A stretch of DNA of 64,000 nt from Vicinamibacterales bacterium (GTDB lineage: Bacteria; Acidobacteriota; Vicinamibacteria; Vicinamibacterales; UBA2999), in contig CBDFLL010000002.1 in the NCBI GenBank assembly GCA_965249205.1, positions 170,810 to 234,809 of the forward strand. Reading direction: 5' to 3'. How positions within the stretch are numbered: position 1 is the first letter of the stretch; each line of letters opens with the position of its first letter. A program made the position numbers and the translations under genes. Positions 1-9,151 of this stretch are shown here, piece after piece. The notes beneath the pieces are model-generated. The model had not been told where the DNA came from. It was given only the letters and a program-made list of their open reading frames with translations, and ran no database searches.

Positions 1-592
1 CGACGTAGAAGCCATCGTCGCGGGGCCCGGCAAACAGGCGTACGCTCTCGAACTCCTGAATGAAGACGCCTCTGCCCAGATCGCTGTAGTCGGGGATCGA
101 GCTGACGCCGACGTTGGCAGGCATCACCGGCACGTTTTCTGCGATGAGCCGCGCGGCGCCGGTGCGGCGGGGACCTTCGACACGCGTCACGGAGTAGAAC
201 TGCCGGACGTTCAGGTCCGGGTCGTCAATTGACGAGACGGAGCCGGTGTTGTAGAGGAACGTGTTCGGATTGCGGATCTCGGTTCGGAACCGAAACTGAA
301 ACGTGATGTCCTCGACCGCGTCCCCGGTGTTGTCGATCATGATCTCGTACAGAACGTTGTCGTCGAACTTCCAGAAGTTCGGCCCGGAGCTTGGAAACTG
401 CAGCGGGATGAAATTCGAGATCAGCGCCACCCGGTCCGGGCGCTGTGGGCTGACAAACGCATACAAGTCCGTGTTGTCTGCCAGCGGATCCTGGCTGATG
501 AGCGGCGCCTCGCGGTGGCTCGAAGCGGTGATGGGCGCGATGACGATGGCGGCAGCGATGGCGATCGCGGCAACACAGATAAGCTTTTTCAC
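1..592 (-). CDS. DUF4331 domain-containing secreted protein (5' part; runs off the left edge)
   Basis: Absent from the ORF track because there is no stop inside the window. Hand translation of the minus strand from GTG at 592 gives VKKLICVAAIAIAAAIVIAPITASSHREAPLISQDPLADNTDLYAFVSPQRPDRVALISNFIPLQFPSSGPNFWKFDDNVLYEIMIDNTGD..., open to position 1. It has a signal peptide plus the SSHREAP...DLYAF start typical of DUF4331. Track ORFs 225..605(-) and 303..596(+) are shadow frames. Confidence 0.7.
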   Translation of the reverse strand, partial: MKKLICVAAIAIAAAIVIAPITASSHREAPLISQDPLADNTDLYAFVSPQRPDRVALISNFIPLQFPSSGPNFWKFDDNVLYEIMIDNTGDAVEDITFQFRFRTEIRNPNTFLYNTGSVSSIDDPDLNVRQFYSVTRVEGPRRTGAARLIAENVPVMPANVGVSSIPDYSDLGRGVFIQEFESVRLFAGPRDDGFYV

Positions 593-700
593 GTAACACC
601 TCCACGTGTATCTACGGGCGGAGGCTATGAACGGATGTATGTCGATTTCGCACCCCCCAAGATCCCCACGATCTAGTCGCTGGGTTGGAGGGGATACGGT

Positions 701-2003
701 CTAGCAGGCTGCTGAAGAACCCGGGTGATCGGGCCGTTTTCTAAGGATCATGCGAGTCACCACCGACCGACAACGGTGCGCACGGCTGTGCGCTGGCCCC
801 GATCAAGGGGCCGGCGACACGCGCGGCCGGTGATCAGGGACACCTCGCCTCCAGATTCCGCAGCCGGACCAAGTTATAGACCGTGGCGGCGAAGGTAAGC
901 TGCCAATCCACGAGGGCGACACCGCGATGCCGGAGTTTGCGCAAGCCGCCGACGGTCTTCATCCAGCCAAAGACCTGTTCTACGAGTTTCCGTTTCCGCT
1001 GACTGACGTGATAGCCCGCATGCCGCGTGGTCCGGCCATCGATCGCACTCCAGCGGACCTTCTGAGCAACGTGGGGCGTGACGGCCCGGATACGGACAGC
1101 GGCCACAAAGCTTGCCACATCGTAGCCCTTGTCCGCCCCGACCGTGCTGCCCGGCGGCGCGCTGGCCTCCAGCAACAGCGCCGCTGCCTCGCGTTCGGCG
1201 GTCCCCGTCGCGTGAGTCGCGCAGACGTTGGCGACAAGTCCCTGTCGATTGTCCAGCAGCACGTGGCCCAGATACGCCAGCTTGGCTTCCTTCCCCTGGC
1301 CCTTCCGAGGCAGCATCGCCTCCGGATCGGTCGTCGACTGGTGCGTGTCGTTGCGCCGCCGCTCCCCGTGGAAGTTGACCGTGGGATTCCCGGGGTCATC
1401 GGGCGGGTCGCTCTCCGCCGCGTCCCGGCACCGAAAGCTCTTCAGGCTGGCCCACGCTTCCAATTGGGTCCCATCCACAGTGAAGTGTTCGTCCGAGAGC
1501 AGCCCGGCCGCCCGCGCGTGGGCCTGCACCGCATCAAAGAAGGCGGCCGCGAGATCGCCCGCCAGCAGCCGGTCGCGATTCTTGGTAAACGTGGTGGGAT
1601 GCCAAACCGGGTCGTCCAAATTCAAGCCCACGAACCAGCGGAACAGCAGGTTGTAATTGAGCTCTTCCATCAGCAGCCGCTCGCTCCGCACCGTGTAGAG
1701 CACCTGCAGCAACAACGCGCGCAGCAGCTGTTCCGGCGGGATCGACGGACGCCCTGTGTTGGCGTACAGGCCGGCGAACCTGCGCGACATCGTTCTCAGC
1801 GCTTCGTCCGTCAGCGCGCGAACCGCGCGGAGCGGATGGTCGGCTGGCACGCGCTGTTCCGGCGACAGGTAGCTGAACATGTGAGTGCTTTGCTCATCGT
1901 GTCCGCGCATGATGGGGCTCCCTTCAGCGGTGTTGGGAGCATGGTAGTACGCCGGGATCGATCTGTCGATCCCATTTCACGGAGTTTTTCAGCAGCCTGC
2001 TAG
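701..2003 (-). mobile_element. IS5-family insertion sequence (~1.3 kb)
   Basis: Terminal inverted repeats: CTAGCAGGCTGCTGAAGAAC (701-720) against the reverse complement of 1984-2003 (CTAGCAGGCTGCTGAAAAAC), 19/20. A single DDE transposase ORF lies inside. The outer CTAG at each end could instead be a 4-bp target duplication, which would make the element 705..1999. Confidence 0.75.
834..1910 (-). CDS. IS5-family DDE transposase
   Basis: 358 aa. InsH-like N-terminal region (MFSYLSPEQRVPADHPLR...LLFRWFVGL) and a C-terminal DDE region (GADKGYD...GGLRKLRHRG) typical of IS5-family transposases. Confidence 0.85.
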   Translation of the reverse strand: MRGHDEQSTHMFSYLSPEQRVPADHPLRAVRALTDEALRTMSRRFAGLYANTGRPSIPPEQLLRALLLQVLYTVRSERLLMEELNYNLLFRWFVGLNLDDPVWHPTTFTKNRDRLLAGDLAAAFFDAVQAHARAAGLLSDEHFTVDGTQLEAWASLKSFRCRDAAESDPPDDPGNPTVNFHGERRRNDTHQSTTDPEAMLPRKGQGKEAKLAYLGHVLLDNRQGLVANVCATHATGTAEREAAALLLEASAPPGSTVGADKGYDVASFVAAVRIRAVTPHVAQKVRWSAIDGRTTRHAGYHVSQRKRKLVEQVFGWMKTVGGLRKLRHRGVALVDWQLTFAATVYNLVRLRNLEARCP

Positions 2004-2809
2004 AGGGCCGCGCCCGGAGCGCCGACGAGGTAAAACTGGCCGGTCGGCGCCGGCACGCCGCCATCGGGCTCGAGCGTGACTGCCACCGCGGTGGGAGGCG
2101 CGATATCCGGCGGGGTGCTGTAGAAAGCCAACCCGCCACCGAACGTATCGGGGGTCAGCAGTCCGGCGCTCACGGGCGCCGGTCCCGTCACGACCCACAC
2201 CTGATAGACCTGCCCGGCCGGGAGCGGGGGCAGGCTGGAGGCCGTGAATACGAGGCCTCGAGCCCGGCTCCAAAGAGCGCGCGCGCTGGCTTGGGGCGCT
2301 GCAGGCTGCCCAGCCAGATCGATCCGTACCAAGTCTGGCGCGGCCAGCACCCCCATTGCGGACTGGAGTTCGGCGCCCACCTGGCGGGCATCGGCCACGG
2401 CACGATCGGCGGCCGACGCCTGGACCAATGCTTGCTCGAGGCGCGCCTCAAGATCAGCCACCCGCGTCTGAAGCCGGGTGGCGTACACAGCGACGCCAAC
2501 TGTCAGAACGAGCGTCGCTGCCAGCGCCAGCCAACCTGTGCCCAGTCCGTCCAGCCGGCGGGACCCCAAGGGCGGCGTCGATGCGCGGGTCAGCGAGCCG
2601 AGCACACGCTGGCGCAGTTCCGGCCTCGGCGTCCGCTGCGGAACCGTGTGGGCCAGCGCAGCTGTCACCCTGCGGAGCGCTCGCACCTCGGCGGCGCAAT
2701 CCTCGCATCCGGCCATGTGCGCCTCGAATGCGGCGCGCTCACCGGAATCGAGGCTGCCGAGCACATACGCGCCCGCATCACCCTTCAGATCGCTGTGAGG
2801 CGAGGTCAT
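2000..2809 (-). CDS. anti-sigma factor (zf-HC2 N-terminus, RskA-like C-terminus)
   Basis: 269 aa. Contains the HMAGCEDCAAEV zinc-finger motif and a central TM helix (WLALAATLVLTVGVAVY). ATGA overlap with the upstream ECF sigma gene. Confidence 0.8.
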   Translation of the reverse strand: MTSPHSDLKGDAGAYVLGSLDSGERAAFEAHMAGCEDCAAEVRALRRVTAALAHTVPQRTPRPELRQRVLGSLTRASTPPLGSRRLDGLGTGWLALAATLVLTVGVAVYATRLQTRVADLEARLEQALVQASAADRAVADARQVGAELQSAMGVLAAPDLVRIDLAGQPAAPQASARALWSRARGLVFTASSLPPLPAGQVYQVWVVTGPAPVSAGLLTPDTFGGGLAFYSTPPDIAPPTAVAVTLEPDGGVPAPTGQFYLVGAPGAAL

Positions 2810-3417
2810 GATGATCCCTCTGCGAGCGCATCCCTGAGCTTCAGGAGGCCGAGACGAATCCGTGTCTTCACCGTCCCGAGCGGCTCCTCCAGGCGCGCGG
2901 CGACCTCGCGCTGAGTGAGCCCTTCGTAGTATGCCAACTCGATCGCGAGACGCTGGAGGAGCGGTAGCTGGTGCAGAGCCTGCTGGACCAGTCGCGCCTG
3001 CTCCGCGTCGATCAGTTCCATCGACGCGTCCGGAGTGCCGGCCGGAAGTTCGAGCATCCCGTCGTCCTCAACCGTCTGCACACTCGGCCTGGCGCGCCTG
3101 GCACGGAGCCTATCAATCGCGCGCGTGCGCGCCATCACCAGCAACCATGCGCCCACGACACCTCGCGACGCGTCGTAGCGTGCCGCCTGGCGCCATGCCT
3201 GCGCGAACACTTCCTGCACCAGGTCTTCCGCGTCGCCTTCATCCGCCACGATCCGCAGCACGAGGGAATAGACGGCCCGCGAGTGTCGATCGTACAGGCG
3301 ACCGGCGGCGTCACCATCACCCGACGCCAGCCTATGAAGGCAGTCGCGGTCATCCGCCTGGGCGTCGGCGGATTCAGCCCGAAACCCGACCACGGCGGCC
3401 AACAGCCCCATCACCAT
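2806..3417 (-). CDS. RNA polymerase ECF-type sigma-70 factor
   Basis: 203 aa. Region 2 (DAEDLVQEVFAQAWR) and region 4 HTH (LTQREVAARLEEPLGTVKTRI) are present. Translationally coupled to the anti-sigma gene. Confidence 0.9.
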   Translation of the reverse strand: MVMGLLAAVVGFRAESADAQADDRDCLHRLASGDGDAAGRLYDRHSRAVYSLVLRIVADEGDAEDLVQEVFAQAWRQAARYDASRGVVGAWLLVMARTRAIDRLRARRARPSVQTVEDDGMLELPAGTPDASMELIDAEQARLVQQALHQLPLLQRLAIELAYYEGLTQREVAARLEEPLGTVKTRIRLGLLKLRDALAEGSS

Positions 3418-3527
3418 GTTCTACGCACGTGCCACGCGGACGGATGCCTTACAGAGGAAAGAGCGCGCCATCCCTGGAACATGGAGCGATCAGGACGCCT
3501 GCTGAGCCTCGGGCACCGGACCCGGGC

Positions 3528-4220
3528 TCAACGCGCGAAGCGATCGAGCGTTTCCAACCACACCTCGACAGGCTCCGGATAATCGACGGCCGCTTCGCCG
3601 AAGACGATCTGCTGTGTCTCCAGCCGCTCGCCGTAGAAACGCTCGTTGGCATCCCGATCCTGGCGGACCGTGCTGCCGTTGACGGTGACTCCCGCAAACA
3701 GACCCCGCGCACGTGAGTAGCTGAGAATCTGCGCGCGTAACTGGATGTCGGTCGACGCCTCGACCTCGCGCCCCAGCGGGCCAGCAGCTACGGCAGCATC
3801 CGCGCCCAGCTTGAACTGATTCGACACAAGGTTCTCAAGGCCGCGTCGGTTCTTGATGACCAGGATCAGATCGACTGCCTGACCGCCGATCTGCAGGCCA
3901 AAGCTCCCACCGGTAAGCGTCAGGAACGCCGGAGCAGACCAGCCACTGTCGGTTCGCGCGCTGAGGATGCCGCGCCCGCGCATCCCACCGAAGATAAAAC
4001 CCGCCCGCACGGTGCCAGGAAAGACGGCGATCCCCTCCGCGTTCCCGAGCAACGCGTTGGGAATCGCGTCGTCTGGCGCAGTCATGATTTCGCCGAAAAC
4101 CACCGACGCCTCGCGCACGCGTCTGGCTTCATCCGACTCGTCTGAGCGCTGGGCGAGCGTCGCGGCTGGCACACCGGCCAGAACCGCCACAGCGAGCACC
4201 GATGCAATGATACGGGTCAT
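3528..4220 (-). CDS. SYLF (Ysc84/DUF500) lipid-binding domain protein, secreted
   Basis: 230 aa. Signal peptide MTRIIASVLAVAVLAGVPAATLA followed by SYLF-like blocks (GIAVFPGTVRAGFIFGGMRGRGIL...GGSFGLQIGGQ). Confidence 0.7.
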   Translation of the reverse strand: MTRIIASVLAVAVLAGVPAATLAQRSDESDEARRVREASVVFGEIMTAPDDAIPNALLGNAEGIAVFPGTVRAGFIFGGMRGRGILSARTDSGWSAPAFLTLTGGSFGLQIGGQAVDLILVIKNRRGLENLVSNQFKLGADAAVAAGPLGREVEASTDIQLRAQILSYSRARGLFAGVTVNGSTVRQDRDANERFYGERLETQQIVFGEAAVDYPEPVEVWLETLDRFAR

Positions 4221-4283
4221 TGTGTAAACCTCCGGCCAAATGATACCGACAGCGCCGGCCCTGGGGAAAGGTCTTTCGCGCGC

Positions 4284-5558
4284 TCAGATGATCGCGGGAG
4301 CGCCGGCGCGGAAATCACCGCCGAGGATGGCGACCGAGTCGGTTCCGAGCCAGCTGTCGAGAACCTTCGCATAAATCGCCCGGAAATCGGTCTCGTAGCG
4401 CACGTCCCTGCCGTTCCGCTCGAGGGCGGGATTCGCCGCGTCGGGGTCGAGCGACGCCGCGGTGCCGAAGATGCCACCCCGCACGCCGCCGCCGATGGCC
4501 ATCATCATGCCAGCCGCGCCGTGGTCCGTGCCCTCGCTGCCGCCGCTACCGTTTTCGCTGACGCGACGGCCGAACTCCGAAAACTGCAACACGAGCGTGT
4601 CGTTGAGAAGACCCTGATTCTGCAGGTCGCTGTAAAAGGCTGTGAGGCCGTCATTGAAGGTGCCCATGAGATTGCCGTGGGTCCCGGTGCCGGCGTTGCC
4701 CTGATTCGCGTGCGTGTCGAAGCCGCCGAGTTGCACCCAGTAGACATGCGTGCCGATTCCACCGGTAATCGAGCCTGCGACAGTGCGAAGGGCCTGCCCG
4801 AAACCGTTGGTTGGATACGTGACCGACGGCGCGTAGGCGTTGACCAGCGCCACACGGTCGAGTGTGTCGAAGGCCCCGAGTAGCGTCCCGTTCACAAACG
4901 ACAGATGCGGCTGGCCGGCGGTCACATGACCTGCAATACGCGTGGCGGCGAAGCGCTCGTGCGCCGCCTCGGCCTCGCCGTTCGGGCTCGACAAACTGTA
5001 GGCCTCCGCATCGGGAATCGACGGCACTGAGACCGTGCTGGCGGCCAGCGCCCGCGGCGTCCCCCGCGTGGCGTTCCACCCGGCGAGCGCATCGACGGGC
5101 GCTGGTAGCGTATCGAGGTAGCGACCGAGCCAGCCAATGCCGGAGGGTGACGCCGGATCTGCCATGCCCCAGATGTCGGTGCCCTGGAAGTGTGAGCGGC
5201 TTGAGTTTTCATACCCGGTGCGCTGCACGATCGCCAGCCGCCCCTGGTTGAAGATGTCGTGCAAACCGGTGAGCTGGGGATGAAAGCCGAGCGTCGTGCC
5301 GCTGCTGTCGCTACCGATCTGCAACACCTGCCCCGCTGGGATCGCGAGCGCCGGCCGCCGACTGAAATAGAACGGATCCTGGTACGGCACGAGGGTACTC
5401 AGCGCATCGTTGCCGCCGCCAAGATAGACCACGACGAGGTTTCGGCCGAGGGCGCCCTGGGCGCGCGCGATATCGCTGAGAAACGCGGGCGCGGCAAAGC
5501 TCACCGTGAACGCGGCAACGCCGTCGCGAATGAACTGCCGACGTGAAACCTTGGTCAT
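4284..5558 (-). CDS. DUF1501 domain-containing protein (Tat-exported, sulfatase-like fold)
   Basis: Twin-arginine signal MTKVSRRQFIRDGVAAF. C-terminal SEFGRR...GTDHG motif typical of DUF1501. ATG at 5558 is preferred over the TTG at 5579 used by the track. Confidence 0.8.
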   Translation of the reverse strand: MTKVSRRQFIRDGVAAFTVSFAAPAFLSDIARAQGALGRNLVVVYLGGGNDALSTLVPYQDPFYFSRRPALAIPAGQVLQIGSDSSGTTLGFHPQLTGLHDIFNQGRLAIVQRTGYENSSRSHFQGTDIWGMADPASPSGIGWLGRYLDTLPAPVDALAGWNATRGTPRALAASTVSVPSIPDAEAYSLSSPNGEAEAAHERFAATRIAGHVTAGQPHLSFVNGTLLGAFDTLDRVALVNAYAPSVTYPTNGFGQALRTVAGSITGGIGTHVYWVQLGGFDTHANQGNAGTGTHGNLMGTFNDGLTAFYSDLQNQGLLNDTLVLQFSEFGRRVSENGSGGSEGTDHGAAGMMMAIGGGVRGGIFGTAASLDPDAANPALERNGRDVRYETDFRAIYAKVLDSWLGTDSVAILGGDFRAGAPAII

Positions 5559-5571
5559 CTGCGAGCGTCTC

Positions 5572-7032
5572 TCACACAAACTGATAGTCGGCCGAGCCGA
5601 GGATCAGCTTCGTCAAGCCGGCTGTCTTCGTGTTGAGTTGTGTGTCCGATCCCGTCCACGCTCCACCGGCACTCAGGTACGCCAGCAGCTCGTTGTACGA
5701 CACAGTCGCATAGGGAGACGGCGACAGTTGTTGCAGAAAGAAATCCAAAAAGGCGCTTGGGCTGGCCCGGTGCGGCGCCGCGGCGGCCGCGAGATTGAAA
5801 CGCTGGTTGGACGCCAGCGACGTGGCGAAATTCACGCGCGCCAGCATCGCGCCGGTCGAAAACCATCCCTGTCCCAGGGTCCATCCAGCCACGTCCGGCG
5901 GCTCCAGCAAGGTCTGCCCCATATTCGCCAACGGCGTTCTCGCGCTATTGACCGAGAAGCCCACCCAGCCAACTTCACGAATCGCGCGCACCACGAACTC
6001 AACGGGCCACGCATAACGCGCGTAGGACCGACTCGGGTCGAGAAACCATGGGGATCCAAGGATGTACCGAACCACCGGCTTCATCTCCGTGTCGTTCTGG
6101 AGGTACACGGCGGCCACAGCCTCGACAAACGCTGGATCTGGCGCCACGAGTTCGCTCACGAAGAAGTTCCAGAGTTTCCGCGCCAGCCTGCGCGCCGTCT
6201 CGGGATGAATCGCCAGCGCGGTGATGAAGTCAACACCGTCTTGCATGCCATCGGCGGCTGCCCGCTCCGGAATCGTGGTTCCGCTGTTTCCGTAGATCGG
6301 AAACGTGAATGTCTTGGCCGTCGTGTCGTGCTGGTTGGGATTGTAGAAGAACTCAAAATACGTGTTCGGATCGTTGTTCCGACCGTCGGTCGCCTTCCGC
6401 AGATTCCACCCGGTGAACACGCGCGCCGCCGCGTAGACGTCCTCTTCGACGTAGTTGCCCACGCCGAACGTGAACAGTTCCATAATCTCGCGGCCAAAGT
6501 TTTCCTGTGGCTTCCGCTTGAAGTTTGTCCTGCCGTCGAGAAACACGACCATCGCGGGATCTCTGGCGACCTCGATCAGCAGATCGCGAAAGTTGCCGAG
6601 CGCGTACTGGCGAAACAACTCGAGCTGGCCCTGCGGCCCAGGAAGCTCGCCCGCCTTGAGCGCCAGCATCTTGGTACTTTGCACGCCCCCGACGCCCCCG
6701 GCGACCTTGGTGTAGGTCGTCGCGAAATGGTTGTGCCAGAACAGTGCCATCTTCTCTTGGAGCGGGCGCTGGGAATGCACCATCCGGAACAGCCACCGCT
6801 GCCTGGCGTCGTTGATGCGGGTGTTTGGCGAGAACTGGCCGCGCGACGTGACGCCCACGTACGCGCCCTCGCCGATCCTCGTGTCCACGTCGTCGGGCTG
6901 CTGCTCGAAGTCGACCAGGTAGGCGGCAACGGCGGCGACAGACGTGTTGGCGAAACGGACAAGATCCGTCGCATCGGGGCCGAACGCCGCCCGCCGCAAC
7001 AAATGCTCCACCTGCCAGTCGAGTCGCGCCAT
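5572..7032 (-). CDS. DUF1800 domain-containing protein
   Basis: 486 aa. Contains the HLLRRAAFGP...LFWHNHFAT motifs typical of DUF1800, and is immediately upstream of DUF1501, the canonical pairing. Confidence 0.8.
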   Translation of the reverse strand: MARLDWQVEHLLRRAAFGPDATDLVRFANTSVAAVAAYLVDFEQQPDDVDTRIGEGAYVGVTSRGQFSPNTRINDARQRWLFRMVHSQRPLQEKMALFWHNHFATTYTKVAGGVGGVQSTKMLALKAGELPGPQGQLELFRQYALGNFRDLLIEVARDPAMVVFLDGRTNFKRKPQENFGREIMELFTFGVGNYVEEDVYAAARVFTGWNLRKATDGRNNDPNTYFEFFYNPNQHDTTAKTFTFPIYGNSGTTIPERAAADGMQDGVDFITALAIHPETARRLARKLWNFFVSELVAPDPAFVEAVAAVYLQNDTEMKPVVRYILGSPWFLDPSRSYARYAWPVEFVVRAIREVGWVGFSVNSARTPLANMGQTLLEPPDVAGWTLGQGWFSTGAMLARVNFATSLASNQRFNLAAAAAPHRASPSAFLDFFLQQLSPSPYATVSYNELLAYLSAGGAWTGSDTQLNTKTAGLTKLILGSADYQFV

Positions 7033-7241
7033 ACTTGCTGACTCCTTGATCGGTCCTAGATTCTAGCCCCGCCAGTCACCAGACTGAGTGTCTCCAGGCG
7101 CATCGTGAGCCGTCCGGCGCGTCCAGTTGTGATGACGACCCCGCTATTCCGGTCGGGCAGAGGCGGGCGGTGGTAGAGATGCTGGGCGGGAGCTGCACAA
7201 TAAGTGCCAAGAAGAAGGATGTGGCACGCTGGCCGTATCGG

Positions 7242-8372
7242 CTACCCGAGGAGTTCGCTGTAGCACGCCTCGTACACAGGAACGACCCGATCGGCACAGA
7301 AATGTGTCCGCACCCGCTCGCAGGCGACCTTGGCGACACGCGCATGCAGGACTGGGTCGGTGAGCAGGCCGATGGCGCTCTCCGCCATGGGATCCAGTTG
7401 GTCCGGCGGATGCAGGAAGCCGGTGACCCCGTGCTCGATGACCTCGGGCAGCCCTCCGACCCGCGAAGCAACCACCGGCACCTCGCACGCCATGGCCTCC
7501 AACGCGGCCAGCCCGAAACTTTCCTGAGCGGAAGGGAGCAGAAAGAGGTCGCTCACCGAGAGCAACGGCACGATCTCTTCCTGCGCCCCCACGATGTCGA
7601 TCAGACCGGAGATGCCGAGTTCCCGAGCGACGCGATACGCCGTGCCCAACTCTGGTCCGTCCCCGACCAGCAGAAGCCTGGCGTGAACAGCCCGGCGAAT
7701 CCGGTCGAAAATCGCCAGCACCGCCTCGACGCGTTTCACCGGTCGAAAGTTGGATACGTGCGTGATGATTTTCACGTTGGGATCGTCGCCGCTGAAGCGC
7801 CGGCGAAGCTCCGGTGACACGTGCCGGCGATGCACGCTGCAATCCAGAAAGTTTGGAATCACGGCAATGTCACGCGTCACGCCAAGCTCCTCGCACGTGG
7901 CAGCCCGGAGACTCTCGGACACAGCGGTGACCCGGTCCGACTGTTCGATGGAGAACGCTACAATCTGGGAATATGAGGGGTCATTGCCGACCAGCGTGAT
8001 GTCGGTGCCGTGCAGCGTGGTGACGACGCGCGGTGCCGAGCCGCTCGACGCTAGCACCTGTCGCGACAGAAACGCGGCGGTCGCATGTGGCACCGCGTAG
8101 TGCGCGTGCACGACATCGAGACGGAACTCCCGCGACACCTCCACGATCTTGTTCGCGAGTGACAGGAGATACTGCGGCTCGCGAAACAGCGGATAGGTTG
8201 GGCTGAGCACCTGGTGAAACGCCAGGCCCGCCTGAAACTCTCCGAACCGGTACGGCATTTCGGTGCTGATGAAATGCACTTGATGTCCGCGGCGCGCCAA
8301 TGCCTTGCCCAGTTCAGTGGCGACGATGCCGCTGCCGCCAACCGACGCGTAACACACGAGACCGATATTCAT
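7242..8372 (-). CDS. bshA: N-acetyl-alpha-D-glucosaminyl L-malate synthase (GT4), bacillithiol biosynthesis
   Basis: [36 protein letters not shown] closely matches the BshA N-terminus. The ATG at 8372 overlaps the bshB1 stop (ATGA). Confidence 0.8.
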   Translation of the reverse strand: MNIGLVCYASVGGSGIVATELGKALARRGHQVHFISTEMPYRFGEFQAGLAFHQVLSPTYPLFREPQYLLSLANKIVEVSREFRLDVVHAHYAVPHATAAFLSRQVLASSGSAPRVVTTLHGTDITLVGNDPSYSQIVAFSIEQSDRVTAVSESLRAATCEELGVTRDIAVIPNFLDCSVHRRHVSPELRRRFSGDDPNVKIITHVSNFRPVKRVEAVLAIFDRIRRAVHARLLLVGDGPELGTAYRVARELGISGLIDIVGAQEEIVPLLSVSDLFLLPSAQESFGLAALEAMACEVPVVASRVGGLPEVIEHGVTGFLHPPDQLDPMAESAIGLLTDPVLHARVAKVACERVRTHFCADRVVPVYEACYSELLG

Positions 8373-9151
8373 TGAGCGCCTTCGTTCGAGAGCAGACCGG
8401 GACGCTGACTCGTTGGCTGGCCGCAAGAATGGTCTGGCAGCAGGTGGGTGAGCACCACCGGGTCACGAACGACACACCCTTCGGCGAATGCAAAGCCAGC
8501 CTGCGCCCCGAATTGCGCATCGCGGCTCTCAATCAACTGCTGAAACCGCGAGCTCGTCGGTCGCGTCGCCACCGGGTCGGCGCCGGTGGGCCGGAACTGG
8601 CTGGCGTGGCACGCCAGCGCGCGCCGCTTCGTCTCGTAGTGGTCGCTCACATCGATCACAAAGGAGGGCGCCGCGGAATCGTTGATGAAGTAATAGCAGG
8701 TGACCTCCGGCTTCCACGCCGCGCCTTCAGCCGTGTAGCGCCGCAGGCCCGCGCTGAACACCGCTTCGGCGACCAGATGGCTGGCAGCGGCGTGATCCGG
8801 ATGCCGGTCGGACCAGTACGGCAGTGCCACGACACGGGGCCGCGCAAGCCGCACCAGTTCGGCAACCGTTCGAAGATGCAGAGGGTCACTGCCGATCGCG
8901 CGGTCAGGCAGCCGCAGGTTGGTCCGCCAGCGCGCGCCGAGTACCGCGCGGGCCGCCTCGGCCTCGGCCAGTCGCTCGTCGACAGTCCCGTTACTCCCCA
9001 TCTCGCCCGCGGTTAAATCGCACAGGCCGACGCTGTGTCCGAGCGCCGCATGCTTGGCGAGGATGCCGCCGCCGCCGATTTCTATGTCGTCGGGATGAGG
9101 ACCGAAGGCGAGCACATCGACGGCCTCCAGGGCCGGCGTCATCTGGTCCAA
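8369..9151 (-). CDS. bshB1: bacillithiol biosynthesis deacetylase (PIG-L/LmbE family)
   Basis: FGPHPDDIEIGGGG...GLCDLTAGEMGSNGTVDERLAEAEAA...NLRLPDRAI matches the BshB1/LmbE signature. Adjacent to and coupled with bshA. Confidence 0.8.
   Translation of the reverse strand: MDQMTPALEAVDVLAFGPHPDDIEIGGGGILAKHAALGHSVGLCDLTAGEMGSNGTVDERLAEAEAARAVLGARWRTNLRLPDRAIGSDPLHLRTVAELVRLARPRVVALPYWSDRHPDHAAASHLVAEAVFSAGLRRYTAEGAAWKPEVTCYYFINDSAAPSFVIDVSDHYETKRRALACHASQFRPTGADPVATRPTSSRFQQLIESRDAQFGAQAGFAFAEGCVVRDPVVLTHLLPDHSCGQPTSQRPGLLSNEGAQ

Noticed and set aside
225-605. Track ORFs 225..605(-) and 303..596(+) at the left edge.
   Set aside because: Both are low-complexity shadow frames. The third minus-strand frame encodes a clear DUF4331 N-terminus with a signal peptide and is open to the window edge.
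927-2003. A 358-aa plus-strand ORF exactly mirroring the IS5 transposase. Similar long antisense ORFs include 5506..7041(+), 12042..13001(-), 13376..14206(-), 41485..42315(-), 15802..16650(-), 22660..23670(+), 24349..25515(-), 30978..31574(-), 39837..40685(-), 43844..44905(+) and 58616..59548(-).
   Set aside because: These are classic high-GC shadow ORFs: Arg/Pro/Ala/Gly-rich, without domains, and each fully overlaps a gene with clear homology on the other strand or in another frame.
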